A stretch of 64,000 nucleotides of DNA from Blastocystis sp. Blastoise (Eukaryota; Protista; Bigyra: Opalinata). The stretch lies in contig JBBPEB010000011.1 of assembly GCA_039096225.1 (NCBI GenBank), positions 310,001 to 374,000 on the forward strand. The letters run 5' to 3'. Positions within the stretch are counted from its first letter, which is position 1; each line of letters opens with the position of its first letter. Under the pieces are notes generated by a model. That model did not search any database. It was given only the letters and a program-made list of their open reading frames with translations, and was not told the origin of the DNA. Of the stretch, positions 13,718 to 28,653 are shown in pieces. Both the position numbers and the translations under genes were made by a program.

Positions 13718-14305
13718 TAAGGTTGTTTTTGTTTTTGTTTTTCTTCTTCTTTTTTACTTGCTTTTGTTATATGTGTTTTTTTTTAATAATTATATATTTT
13801 TATTTTATTTTATTTTATTTTATTTATTATTATTATTCATTTTATTATTATTTTATTTCATCCATTTTCAGAATTCTTATTCATTTTTTTTAAATAAATC
13901 TTTATTTATTTTCCAAAAGTTTTATTCTATTACTCCTATGTCTTTATCCTTCTCATCAACTCTATTCAAACTCTTTATTAATCTAATTATTTCATTTCAT
14001 TGTATTTTATTTCTTTTATTTTATTCAATTTGTTTTTTTTTATATTTTTTTTTTAATTAAAACCATACTTTTAAAAGTCTATTTAATTCTATATATACAA
14101 AAACAAGAATATATTTTTTAATGTTACTAGAAGACTTATAATTAACTTTATACAAAACCAAATAACTATAAAATAGCAATTATTCATAACACAAAAAAAA
14201 TATAAGAAACGGAAAAGAAAAGAAAAGAGATATATATAAGGATAGTGTTTTTAAAATATATTACTTTAGAAATATATATTTTAATATATATATATTCTAT
14301 ATTGT

Positions 14306-14781
14306 TTATCTATAAGAAGGATCAATACGAATATCAACATCTTGTTGAAGTTCTTCTTCTTTAAGTTCATTCACAATTTCATTAAAATATTGCTTAGCAC
14401 GCTTGTGTCTGATTTCACCAGCCATTCGATGTTTCTTCATTGAAGGTGTCTCATTACAAAATATATGTTTCTAAATATAAAAGACATATTTATGAAGATA
14501 TATTTTTTTAAAAAGATAAATTTCATATAATAAATTTCTATTATCGTTTATAAAACAATCACTCAAACTGTCAATAAAAATTTAAATACATAAATACATA
14601 CATTAGGACCTCTTCTCAAATAAGGAATAACTTTTTCACCAAAAAGTAACTTGTTATATACTTCAGCAGCATCAGAAGCTGTTCCATTGCAAGGAGCACA
14701 ACTAACAGATCTCACAAGCATCTGAGATGCTTTGAGTATATTTGTCTTATTACGAACAACTAAACTCGCTAGAGTATTCAT
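14306..14781 (-). CDS. MRPS21: Mitochondrial/MRO ribosomal protein bS21m-like, 2 exons
   Basis: Acid-free Ser/Arg/Lys-rich N-terminal presequence, then AAEVYNKLLFGEKVIPYLRR...ETPSMKKHR...RHKR, which follows the bS21 pattern (R...EKPS.KR.R). Confidence 0.65.
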
Positions 14782-14905
14782 TAGGATCGTTTTTAACAAC
14801 TACAAAAGTGTAGAAATTATTTTGATAAAAAAAAATGTTGTTATTCAAAAAACGTGAATAATCATGGGAATATTCTTTTATGAAAATTGTCCTTATTCTT
14901 TTTCT

Positions 14906-15587
14906 ATAGAGACTTGCAAAATTATTCCCGCGGGAATTTTAAAAATTGCACTTCTTAAATTGCACTTTTTTTATTTGAATTGACAAAAATGTATTATTGC
15001 CACAATTAGCTATATGTATGGTTGCTATGCTCTAGTCTTGATCAGTATATCTGTAATAGTGTGTGATTGTTTCATTTTTAAAGGAATTAATGTTCTTGTG
15101 GCACTTTAGCAGAAAATATTAGACATTCCATTTACAAAAGTCTTTTTAACTGGTCTTAAAGATTGATATATGAAACTAAAATTCATTCTTAGTGTTTCTA
15201 GTCATATACAATTGAGAATTATAAAAGTCACTGTTAAATTATAACGAAATTAAGTGATTATCCTTCAAATTATTTTATGTGGATTTATCTAACATTTTAT
15301 CTTTCATTATTATCTAGATTATATATAAAGCATCTTAGATATGAAAAATAATATAAAGAAGAAAATATGACAACACATTTCCCCATTCATTTCCATAAAA
15401 ATTGAAATTTAATTTTTTTTTACCAAATTCAATTCGATACAAGACATCATTCTAAGCTCATTTATGAAGGTTCCACTTGAAACAACCTATTTAAACCACT
15501 TAATTGTGGCAAAAGTTAAAAAATTGCACTTTTTTTTTTTGTGACCCTAAAGATTGCACTTTTTACCTGGGAATGTCAAGTCTCTAT
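14906..15587. mobile_element. Candidate degenerate MITE-like non-autonomous element
   Basis: Outer 11-bp inverted repeat ATAGAGACTTG (14906-14916) / CAAGTCTCTAT (15577-15587), with TA at each outer edge. Inner 12-bp inverted repeat TTGCCACAATTA (14997-15008) / TAATTGTGGCAA (15501-15512). Two ATTGCACTT copies near each end. No ORF. Confidence 0.4.
14924..14937. promoter_or_regulatory. Perfect palindrome ATTCCCGCGGGAAT (overlapping E2F-like sites)
   Basis: 14-bp GC-rich palindrome about 140 bp upstream of the S21 start codon; resembles the E2F site TTTSSCGC on both strands. Confidence 0.45.
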
Positions 15588-15886
15588 TTTTCTATTAACT
15601 TTCTTGTTTTCATGTCAAATATTTATAAATAACAAAACAAAACTAGATACACATTGCAATGATTAAAGTACAAAATTCTTACGAATAAGAAAAAGAAAAT
15701 ACATAATATAAGAAATATATATTTTATATTTTGTTTTGAATAGATAAGTTTTAATAATACACAAAAAAAAAATGGCTCACCCTATTAATAAAACAAAAGT
15801 ATTCTATATATATATAAAGAATCTAATATTTTATTAATTGTATAAAAGATTTTTTTTTATTTGATAAAGCAAATAAAAGAATTCCT

Positions 15887-17920
15887 TTAAGCGATGGTAT
15901 TAAGAGCATTCTTTAAGATTTGAACGAAGTTATCTGTGTTACTAGGATCTTCACTCTTGACAGTAATCTTGCAATTATTTTGAGCAATAAGTAATTCAGT
16001 TAAGAAATACATACCATTAGAACAACCAAAAAGGAAAATCTTCATAACTTGTCCCATGAAACCAGAAGCGACAAAGGAAATAGCATTAGCAGAGCAAGCA
16101 GCTTCTACTTGATTAGGTTGAGAAGGAGCATTAGCAATTTGGAATTGTTCTTCATGAGCAGCAGTAAGAGTAGTCCATTTTTGTTGGAAAACAGCTCTAT
16201 CTAATACGCTATTAGGTTCTAAAGCAAAAGCTTCAGGAGCATTATTACCCATCATATTACCAGAAGCCATATCATCTTCTTGGAACATATCATCATCATC
16301 AACATTATCATCATCACCACCTTCTTCATAATCTTCTTCATCTTCATCTTCACCTTCAGCACCATTATAACCAAGATCAGGTACAACTAATTCCTTAGTA
16401 GTAACGAAGTTAGCAGCAGGTTTTTCATATATAACAGATAAACTATTAAATTCTTCAAATAATGTTTTAATAAGAGATTCTTCCATATCAACAAATTTAT
16501 CAACATTATCTTGATTAACATCGATAACAGAACGAGCACTTTCTACATCATTCTTTAATAATCTATAATACATAAGAACACGGTCACGAAGATCAGGAGA
16601 AGATTCATCTTCAATAAGAGCTTTAAATAAACGACCAAGCATAGCTTGCATTTCAGGAGCACGTCTAAAGAATAACTTAATACAACAAGTAAGTAATTCT
16701 AAACGAACACAAATAGCTTTTTCTTCAGTAATACCATCAATAATGATTTCAACAACATAAGGAGCATCTTCAACCATATCAGGGAAAGCACCAATAAGCC
16801 ATAAGCAAGCAGCACGACCTTTAGGATCAGTCATCTTAGTAAGAAGACGAGGAATATTACTCATAACTTCTTCAGCATATTCAGGATGTTTACGAAGTAA
16901 ATCTTGTAAAACAACGACAGTTTCAGAACGAATATGTTCGACTTCAATATCTAAGAATTCAATAAGAGTATCGAAAACAGGTCTACAAGCAATTTCCATA
17001 TTAATACCAAGATTAGCAATAGCACGAATAGCTTCTCTAGCAGTATGTTCAGGACTTCCAGGAACATATTCCTTTAATTCACCTAATAATTCCATATAGT
17101 TCTTATCAGTAGCTAATAAAGGAAGAATTTCAATCTTTTGTTTCCAAATATAAGAGGGTTCAGTATAACGACAGAAGAATTGACGATATTCATCAACAAA
17201 AGCAGAATTATCACTTCTTAACATAAGTTTAACATGAGAGAGGACAGTATAAGAAACTTCATAATAAGGAGAAGCAATAAGAGTAAGTAAAGGTTGCTTC
17301 AGACGAGTAAAGACTTGTTGTTTTACTTGAGGCATATTTTCAGTAAAAGCTAAATAAGTCTTTGTAGTAGCTAAAACAACAGCAGTATTGTGATATCTAA
17401 GGAAAGGTTCAAGAAGATTCATAATACCAAATAATTCTTGTTCATTTTCAGGACAATATTGAGAAACAAGATCTAAAACAGTACACATACACCATTCATT
17501 GAAATCCTTAAGACGATTTAATAAATGATGAATAAGAGCTTGAGTCTTAGGAAGATCTCCAGTAATTTCCTTAAGAGCAAGAAGAGCATTCGTAACAACA
17601 AGAGGATCGGTATCAAGAACTAAATTTTGAAGAGCAGTAATAAGATTACTATTCTTAACAAGTTCTTTATCAAGATGATATAACTTTAAAACACCCATGA
17701 TAGCTGTTCTACGAACATAAGCACTCTTATCTTGAAGACCACGTTCAAGAGGAGTTCTCATATATTCAACAACGGAAATAAGACGAAGAGAACAAAGAGA
17801 ACGAAGAGCCATACCACGAATAGTAGGATTCTCATTACGACTATATATATAGAGAATAATCATTATTTTGTTTAATAAATATATTTCTATTATTATTAAT
17901 AATATCTTTATTCAATAAAA

Positions 17921-17961
<41 letters not shown>

Positions 17962-18748
17962 CATACGAGTCTTTATCGAATGTGTTAATAGCAAGAATAG
18001 CTAAATCTTCATTTTGTTTAGCATAAGTAACAAGATATTGATTGGTCATCTTCTTAACAACAATATCCTTAGTAATGGAAACCTATAAAAAGATTAGTAT
18101 AGAAATAAAATCAATAAATAAAAAATAAAATCAATAAATAAAAAAAATAAAATCAATAAATAAAAAACTAAAATCAATAAATAAAAAAAATAAAATCAAT
18201 AAATAAAAAATAAAATCAATAAATAAAAAATAAAATCAATAAATAAAAAATAAAATCAATAAATTAAAAATAAAATCAATAAATTAAAAATAAAATCAAT
18301 AAATAAAAAATAAAATCAATAAATAAAAAATAAAATCAATGAATAAAAAATAAAATCAATAAATTAAAAATAAAATCAATAAATAAAAAATAAAATCAAT
18401 AAATAAAAAATAAAATCAATAAATTAAAAATAAAATCAATAAATTAAAAATAAAATCAATAAATTAAAAATAAAATCATACCATGACAACGTTAGGGAAA
18501 AGTTTAGACATATCAACACCCATAGTAGTGAAATAAATAACTTTTCTCATAACTTCACGAAGTTTCATATCATCTTTTTGGATTTCAGGTTTAGAAAGAA
18601 GAGTTTGTAATTCATTAACATCACCCTTCTTCTTAGAAGCAGCAAGAGTCTTCTGTTTCTGTTTAGCTTCCTTTTCAGCCTTGGTTTCCTTGGCACGACT
18701 GCCACCACCCATACCAGTAAGAGGCTTCTTATCCTTTCGCTTAAACAT
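15887..18748 (-). CDS. AP4B1: Adaptor complex AP-4 beta subunit, 3 exons
   Basis: Adaptin_N motifs KKGDVNEL, MGVDMSKLF, NPTIRGMALRSLCSLR, AYVRRTAIMGVLKL, DLRDRVLMYYRLL. Acidic linker and a single appendage platform subdomain (FQQKW), typical of beta-4. Confidence 0.9.
18103..18478. repeat. Intronic 20-bp minisatellite, about 18-19 copies
   Basis: aaaataaaatcaataaat(a/t)a repeated, filling almost all of AP4B1 intron 1. Confidence 0.95.
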
Positions 18749-19533
18749 GATGATATATTACTTGATATTAATAGAGAATAATAAAAACAAATAAATTTCC
18801 TTATCAAATAATCATAATAATTACATTCTACATAGAGAAACACATCGAATAATGTCCATTTTTTCATATATGACTCCTTATCTTGGACATTTAACCTTTT
18901 TCTAGTCATAAAAACATCTATCTTACAACTGTTCCAATTATATGACCCCTTATTCTATAAAAGATAATCCAATATAAAATCTTCTTTAGAATCCTGGGAA
19001 ATCTCCAATTTATTTTTTGTTTATTTATTTTCATTTAAGTTCTTGTAATTTTGTATTTTGAAAGACTTTCTTATCGCAATCGTTTACAATTAATTGATAT
19101 AACATCGTGAATTGTTTTTATTTTCATATATTTCATAAAAAACACTTTTTTTTTACATTTCGTTTTTTTTCTCTATCTACTTTTTAATTTATATGTTCAT
19201 TCTTCTTTTCATATTTTGCTAAGAGTAAACTTATTATAAGTCGTAATTTTATAAGTAAATAACTGCTATTTTTTTTACAATTGACATCAAGTTATTATTG
19301 TAATATTGATATTGAAACGAATACTGTGTATGACACTTTAATAAAGTAATAACTGAAAGAAGAATACATGAAAATATGCAAAAAACGATGATTTATAAAT
19401 AATAATTTCGTTGAAGATACTCTTTTAGAAACTTTTCAAAAAATAGAGATCTTCTTCCTTATGATTATGGGAATTTATGAAGAAAGAAATGTAGAATTCT
19501 TTTGTTGTTTTATATCGTATTCCTCTTATATAA

Positions 19534-20527
19534 ATGGCTGATTTTGGTGAAGTATGACATCTATGAACTATCTATATTATAATTCGTCTGTAGTTAATTT
19601 TAGTTGTAAGTGATCTTCACATTCCTTTCCGTGGTATTGAAATTCCTGCTAAATTCAAGGCTATGCTTGTTCCTGATAAATTTAAACATATTGTTTGTGC
19701 TGGTAATCTTTGTACTTCTGAACAAGTAGAACTTTTCAAGAGTTTAAGTGAAGACAATCATATTATTAAGGGTGATTTCGATGAATTTTTAGGTGATTAT
19801 CCTTATGAAGATCGTTTCTCTGTTGGTGATTGGACATTTGGTGTTTGTCACGGTCATCAACTTGTTCCTAATGGTGATCATTCTGTTTTAAATAGTTTAG
19901 CTAGAAAGGTATTCATTTTTATGATAATAAAATTTTCATTTGCTTTTATTTAATTTATTATTATATGTTTATTATTATAATGATTTGTATATATATATAT
20001 AAATAGCTTGATGTTAATGTTCTTATTACTGGACATACTCATAAACTTGATGTATTCAAAGAAAATAGTACTTTATTCCTCAATCCCGGTTCCTTTACTG
20101 GCGCTTTTACTCCTTCGAATCCGTATATTATATTTATTGTTTATTGTTTATTTATATTTATTATATTTATTTTATTTATATTTATTATATTTTATTTTAT
20201 TTATATTTATTATATTCTATTTTATTCATTATATTTTTTTTTATTATATTTATTATATTCTATTATATTCATTATATTTTATTTTATTATATTCATCATT
20301 TATTATAATCATTATATTTATTATATTTATATTCATTATTTATTATATTTATTATATAGTGATAATCATCCTACATTTATTCTTCTTGCAGTTAAAGACG
20401 ATAAAGTATATATATATATTTATTTATTATATTTATGATTATTATCTAGCTTACTGTTTTTACTTATCAATTAAAAGATAATAAATTAGATGTAAAGAAA
20501 ACGGAATATACAAAATCTGAATTATAA
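19534..20527 (+). CDS. VPS29: Retromer subunit VPS29, 5 exons
   Basis: LILVVSDLHIP, KFKAMLVPDK, GNLC, KGDFDE, HGHQLVP, LITGHTH, NPGS.TGAF; all junctions in frame. Confidence 0.97.
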
Positions 20528-20910
20528 ACAATTTTTATGTGAAATATTATTTTTTTATTGTTTTTCGATTATTCCTTACTTGTTCTATCATTCAATTATT
20601 GTTTTATTTCATATATTTCTCTATAACGTAGAAAAGTCATCTTTTATATTTATAATTATTATATCCTATGCTTATTTGATTCTATATCTATGTTAACCAA
20701 CCACACATTTCTTTAATTTGCACATACATTATATTTATTTTGTTTATATCTCAAAATCATTAAATTAGTAATACCAAACAATAAGTTTTTCATATTCAAT
20801 TTTTTTGATCAATTATAAACTATATTTTTCTAACTAGTTACAAGAATATATAAAAAATAATAAAAAATTTCAATTTTTGTTATCATTTTTTGCTATCATT
20901 AAAACAAACC

Positions 20911-22419
20911 ATGCAAGCTGCAAGAGATCTTCTCGATCGACTTATGGGTCCGAACCGTAATGGTAATTTTGATAAAAAGACTTCTGAAATCAAAGACTTT
21001 CGTGATCCTCAAGTTTGTAAACTATTTCTATTAGGCTATTGTCCTCATGACCTCTTTCAAAATAGCAGAAACGATATGGGTCCTTGCCCTTTAATTCATG
21101 ATGAAAAACTAAGAACGTCGTATGTCTTTATTTCATAGATATTCTTATCTATTCTTTCTATTTAATATTTATTTGATGATAATATTCTATAGTTTTGAGA
21201 AAGATCCTCATAAAAATTCTTATCGTTATGAAGACCGATTATATTCTGTTGCCAAACAAATCTACATTGAGTCTGAAAGAAGAATTGAGGTATGATGAAT
21301 AATTATATCATTTTTTTTATACATGATTTAATAATTATCAGTGTTCTTATAGTATTTATTATTTACAATTGTAATTTTATTTAGGATCAAATACGTAAAC
21401 TTGAAAAAGTTGGACCTGTTCTTCCTGTTAAAGTAGAAGAAAATGAAGATGTTCAAAATAAAGTAAAAGTCATTGAAGCTTTACAAAAGAAATATAAAGA
21501 ACTCAGTATTTTTATTTATTTTATTTAATATATATAAATTCTATTTACTTTTATTGTTTTTTTTTTTATATTCTTAAATATTATATATTTTGTTTATTGT
21601 TTAAGTTATATTTTTATTTAATATTTTTTTTTTATATATTTTTTATTTATGTATTTATTTAATATTGTTTTTTATATATTTTTTATTTATGTATTTATTT
21701 AATATTGTTTTTATATATTTTTTATTTATGTATTTATTTAATATTGTTTTTATATATTTTTTATTTATGTATTTATTTAATATTGTTTTTATATATTTTT
21801 TATTTATATATTTATTTAATATTTTTATAGTAAATAATGGTAAAACTACTCAAGCTTTAGACGTTCAACATGAGATACAAGATGAAATACTAAATAAGGC
21901 TGAAATACAAGCTCGAATTATCCAAGACTCCAAAGCCATGCTTGACAAAAGTGTCACGTATACTTATTGTTTATTTATAAATTTTTTATTATTATGATTG
22001 TATTTATTATATTCTATTATTCTATTTATTCTATTATTCTATTTATTCTATTATTCTATTTATTCTATTTATTCTATTTATTCTATTTATTCTATTTATT
22101 CTATTTATTTTATTTATTCTATTTATTCTATTATTCTATTTATTCTATTTATTCTATTATTCTATTTATTCTATTATTCTATTTATTCTATTTATTCTAT
22201 TATTCTATTATTCTATTATTCTATTATTCTATTATTCTATTATTCTATTTATTCTATTATTCTATTATTCTATTATTCTATTATTCTATTTATTCTATTT
22301 ATTCTATTAATTATTATTAATACTATATTAATATATAGTGCTAGTAATGCTAAGGAGAATCAGCGTATGAGGGTATGTGATATTTGTGGAGCTACACTTT
22401 CTGCTTTTGATAGCGATAA

Positions 22420-22451
<32 letters not shown>

Positions 22452-22854
22452 CACTTTTAATTAATCATTTATTATTCTATATATATATAAATATATACCT
22501 TATTCTTCTGTATATTCTAGACGTTTATCGGATCATTTCATAGGTCGTTCTCATATGGGGTATCTAGCTATACGTAATAAATATTTAGAATTAGAGAAAG
22601 TTCTTAGTCATCAGACATCACGTGATGCTTCTCGAAGACGTAGTCGAACACGTAGTCGTAGTTCCACGCGTCATAGTCCAAGTGGTAGTCGACGTAATAG
22701 AAGTAGAAGTAGAAGTAGAAGTAGAAGTAATAGACGAGGTGATGAAAGAAGAGATAGAGAAAGAAGAGATAGAGATAGAGAAAGAAGAGATTATGAAAGA
22801 TCTAGAGATCATAGTAGCCGAATGGATGGACGAGAAAGAGAAAGAAGACGCTAA
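20911..22854 (+). CDS. LUC7: LUC7-like U1 snRNP-associated splicing factor, 7 exons
   Basis: ARDLLDRLMG; zinc finger 1 VCK.FL.G.CPHDLF...DMGPC...H; zinc finger 2 VCDICGA.L...D...RLSDHF.GR.H.GY; RS/RE-rich tail. Confidence 0.96.
21634..21826. repeat. Intronic 39-bp tandem repeat, about 5 copies
   Basis: tatatattttttatttatgtatttatttaatattgtttt repeated in a LUC7 intron. Confidence 0.9.
22009..22310. repeat. Intronic compound microsatellite (TATTCTAT / TATTCTATT units)
   Basis: Interspersed 8- and 9-bp variants across about 300 bp of a LUC7 intron. Confidence 0.92.
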
Positions 22855-23200
22855 TTATATAAGTATTTATTATTATATTATCATACAGTCTTCATTTTAT
22901 TTATATATAATTTATAAATGTCTCTTTCTTTTTTTATATTTTTTTTATTTTGTTTATGTATATATTGATTTATGAACATATATTGATTTTTTCAAATAAT
23001 CTTTGTCACTGTTTGGTTTTCATTTGAAATAAAATAATATCGACTTGAATGTATTTTTGTTAAATAATGTTTAATTAGCAAAGCAATAATTTATATAAAA
23101 CAACACAATACAAAACTATTTACTATTTAATAATAATCAATACTTTTTTGATATTCAAATAAAAAAGAATTACTTAAAACTATCAACAAAAACAAAATAA

Positions 23201-26200
23201 TTATTCACTATTATTTTCTTTTTCATCATCTTCTTCTTCTTCTTCTGCTTCATCATCATCATTAGATGCTAATAAATCTTGAATATTAATTTCTTCTTCT
23301 TCTTCTTCTTCTTCTTCTGGTATACCAGCATTATTTGTAGACTTAGTACTACTTTGAACACTTTCTATTTCTTCTTCTTGTCTTTTTCTCTTCATATTAC
23401 GTTTTCGTTTTTGTATATATCCATTTTTCTCTTCTTTTGTATTCATACTCTTCGATCTCTTTATTGATTGACTATGTATACTTATTACTTTGTCTTCATC
23501 ATCATCATCTTCTTCTTCATTATTATTATTATTATTATCATTATTATTAGTAGTAGTAGTATCATCATTAATATCTTTATCTTCATCATCATCTTCTTCT
23601 AATTCTTCTTCCACTTGAACTTCACTTCCATCGATATGACGAGTCTTTAAATTACCCAACCAAAAGGCTTCAATACAACCGTTATCTCCTAATAACTTCT
23701 TTATCTCAAATAAATAACTCTCTAAATATTTCTTTAACTTTGGTATATATACAGACATAGATGTATCTTTCACTACCTATATATATATATATATATATAC
23801 ATATGTTTAATTGCAATTATTATAATAAAACATATTCTATATATACATAAAGATATATACATATATATACTTTAGAATGACTACATAATGCTTGTACTTG
23901 ACGTGTACTCTTCTGCATACTTCGAATAATAGAAATAACAGTCTTCTGGTCCCGCGGGAATAAGGAGGATAAGATAGGTAAAGAATGAGAGAGAAATAGA
24001 GAAATAAATTGAGTATAGTATCGCAAAGAAGAAGATATTATCTATATAGTATTATAAATACAAGTAGAATTATAATAATAAGAATAATATGTGTTATAAT
24101 ATATAATAATAATAATATATAATATTAATAATAGATATAATATTAATAATGATAATAATAAAAATATAAAATAAATATAATAATAATAATAATAAATATA
24201 ATAAAAATATAAAATAAATATAATAATAATAATAATAATAAAAATATAAAATACATATAATAATAATAATAATAATAAATATACCACTTTGTGGTCGAAC
24301 TTCTTTGTGAATGCAATGATTCCATCGATAGAAACACAGTATGTTTGAATGATCATAGCTTGTGTATATAGATCAGAACCAACAATATGCTTATGGAAAT
24401 ATGTATATTCTTGAGTTAATAGTTGAATAAGAATTGAATAATAAATATGGAGGGAAGAAGGGGTTAACGAGGGAAATGGAACCGTCTGCTGGTCTATCAT
24501 CGACTTGAACTATATATTTATAGAGATAGATATATATAGAAACATGGATAGATAGAATAGAAAAAATAAAAGAGATAAACAATATAATAATAAAAAAAGA
24601 GATAAAAAAATAATAATAATAATAAAACAAGAGATAAACAAATATAATTATCAAGGCTAAAAACAAAAAAAAAGAATTTATATTCAAAATATAATATACA
24701 AAATAAATAAAATTCTAAATGTTAATGAATTTAAATTAGTACAGAAATAAAAATAATATTGAGAACATAGATATATTATATATATATACATCTTGATAAA
24801 TCTCTTCAATTGTATGGAGAACGTCTTTACTATATAACACATATAATGTTAACAACTTCTTGAGGAACAACGCGTCAGATCCCCCAGCAGTACGGAGCGT
24901 CATCTTCTTTAGAACAGATAAACATAAATCGCTGAGTTCCGCGGTTATCGGACAGAATCCCTCATGGTCCTGTTGTATCTTTCTTAAGAGATTATACGTG
25001 CCTTCTTTATGTTTATATGCTAATAATACTTCTTTCTCTTCATTCTCTTTCTTATTTATATACATATCAACATATATCGAAACTAATGTATTCACCCAAT
25101 CTATAAGAACTATATTAATATCATTACTCGTAATAATATCTAACATATCACTGAAATATGTATAACAAGAATGAATGGATGATAATAATTGTGTTCCATT
25201 GTGATCTGAGGACTCGAGATCCGGTTGGCTTATCTTCTGTGACGCATCTGAATCATAAACACAAAAGATTTTGTAAATATAGGGTTCAATAGCATTATAA
25301 ACCGTGGGAATACTGAATGTATTTATATAAATAAGTAAAATAGAATGAATACAATCATATAATGCACTCTTTCCTGCTAAATCTACTTCATCAGCACTTT
25401 TCCCCGTGATTATACTCTATATATATATTGTGTTATATATATATATAGTATAGTTATGTAAATGCGAAGAAGAAGAAGATAAATACATAAATATATAGTT
25501 AAAGAGAATGAGTAGTATTAAATAGTTATATATATATACAATAATATAGTCCATGACATTTTTAAGAGATACATATATCTTATAATTACCCCATACCGTC
25601 AATAACTGATGAATATCTATCATTTCATCTTCCTATATATATAATATATTATAATATATTATAATATAATATAATATAATATAATATAATATAATATAAT
25701 ATAATATAATATAATATAATATAATATAATATAATATAATATAATATAATATAATATAATATAATATAATATAATATAATATAATATAATATAATATAAT
25801 ATAATATAATATAATATAATATAATATAATATAATATAATATAATATAATATAATATAATATAATATAATAATATATATATAATAATGAATATTTACATG
25901 ACTATAATTAATAGATAATCAAATGTCACAAAATATATATATATATATATATACATAAATAGACTTCTTTTTCTTGGCTTCATCTGTAAGTGTTATATAT
26001 ATATTCATATCTTTTAATATACGTGCCAGCGAATATATAGATAGCGAAGGAGACGAAGAAACCGCGGGACTCGCAGATAAATTAAACTGAATATCTCTCC
26101 ACCTATATATAAGATTATATATATATAAGATATTTTAATATATATATAAATAAGATATTTTATTACATGTATATATAAGATATATATATATATATATATA

Positions 26201-26321
26201 TGTATATACCATAATATTTTAATAAAGTCAGGAGATAAAAGTGGTATATATAATGAAGACTTCTATATATATATATATATATATATATATCTTATTCTAC
26301 TATTCTACAAGTAAATAAATA

Positions 26322-26366
<45 letters not shown>

Positions 26367-27345
26367 GGATTTGGTTTGAGTAGGTGTTGTAACGATAGCG
26401 CTGCCAGTATATATATAGAGAGAGGAGAAACACGTGGATAAAGAGGTGAACTCCCCTTCAAGCACGTGCAACAGATTTAAACGACTACAAACCTAAAGAA
26501 AATGTTAAGGAAATTATATATACAAATATATATATATATATATATATTTATATTTAAATGAAATAGAATCATATTCAAGTATACACAATAAATAACTATT
26601 CATTATATATATTATATTATATATATATATATACTTTAATTCGTATATCTGTATCTTTCTCGAGTATAAATACATTTAATAATTCAGTAATCCAGAGAAT
26701 TGTAGCATATTTACATATATATATACACTCTTTCTCTTCATTACCATATGTCTTGAAATTAGTAGATTCCCGTGGGGATAATATAGGACATCCTAATAAT
26801 CCATCAATTCCCGCGAGACCATCTTCTGGGTTATTCAGAACATCTGTAATGGCCAATAAACGCAAATTGGCGGGTAATAAATAGAGAGAAAGCCGCGTTT
26901 TTAAGGATGGAGAAATTGCGAGGGAAAATAAATTTAATGCTATAGTCGTGTTCTATATAGATAAATACAGGATAGAAGAAGATATATATATATTAACTGA
27001 ATATAATAATAGTAATAATATAAGTATAATAATAATGTATATATATATATATATACGTCTTGATCCAAATTATATTGATAATCAATAGGTATTTGATCTG
27101 CATGTATATACATAGAAGTATAAGAAGGAACTGTAACCTGAATATCCTGTATATATAAAGACTCAAATTCAGATCGAATACGGCTATTCAATTCCTATAT
27201 ATATAATAAGGATAATAGTAATATAGAATAGTAATCAATGTCTATAGGTTAATAATAGCATATAGTATACAACTATATGAATATAGTATTAATAAAAATA
27301 TATTCTATCGTATATATATACATATAAAATAAATAAAATAATAAA

Positions 27346-27376
<31 letters not shown>

Positions 27377-27899
27377 CAAATAGGAATAGAGGAGGAATAA
27401 ACGCATGCTTCACCCAAAGAGAAAGTTGTGTATACAGATATATTTTCAAATCAACTTCTTGTGAACATGAAGAAGAAAGCAGTTTATAAAAACGAATACA
27501 ATCTGATGTCTATATATATAAATAATAATAATAATATAAATAATATAAATAATATAATCAAGAAAATAAAATAATTATAATCAATAATAATTCTATATAT
27601 ATATATATACAACATTCATTATTTCTTGTTCATATAAATCAGGATGTTTATAATATTCTGGTACTTCATATTTCTTATAAGTAAACTCCTTCATAGAAAT
27701 AACTCCACCAATAACTCCTACACGTTTCTGACGCAACATGGGTCGATGAAGATACTTTCGTGTTAAAATGGTTAATTCATCCAAGCCACCTCCCCCGCGG
27801 GAATCATCAATTAATGATAAACGAACTAAGACTTCAAATAATACTTGTATCTATATATATATATATAGTATTATCATAGAATGTAGAGTAAGTCAACGA

Positions 27900-27994
<95 letters not shown>

Positions 27995-28610
27995 TATACT
28001 TGTTTTTCTGTCATCATATCAGTATAATCCAAAAGACCGCGAATAAATGGACGAAACACATTTAATTGTGTGTCAGTTGGGGAAACAGTGAGGTCCTTCA
28101 GCACGTGTAATGAGAGAATAGGGAGATAATTATTCGTTGGAGTAGAAGCACCTGTAGTAATATTACATACCAAAGTAGATATTAACTAGTATATATGAAT
28201 AAGGTAGATTTATATATATAAAGAATATATATCATATAAAATGAAAGAATAAATTCAATATATATATAACGAATATATATCATATAAAATGAAAGAATAA
28301 CCTCAATATATATATATAAGAAATATACAACATATAAAGTGATAAATTCAATATATATATATACTTCTTGTTGATGCACTAGATCAGAGAATTCAGTAAA
28401 TAAACAAACGTACATTTCGCGGGCAATTTCCCGGCAACGAATTGAAGATGTGTTTCCGAGTTCTCCAATCAGAGCAAGAATAGAGGAATAGTATTTATTT
28501 AATGATAGACTATGTCCTTTTAATGTATCTAAATGAAGTGTAGAATTGGCGGGATAACGAGTAAATTTACGCGGGAAAACAAAACGTACCTAATAATAAA
28601 TTAAAGAATA

Positions 28611-28653
<43 letters not shown>

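Noticed and set aside
18103-18478. Regular repeat array resembling CRISPR
   Set aside because: Head-to-tail units with no unique spacers, inside a spliceosomal intron, and no cas genes.
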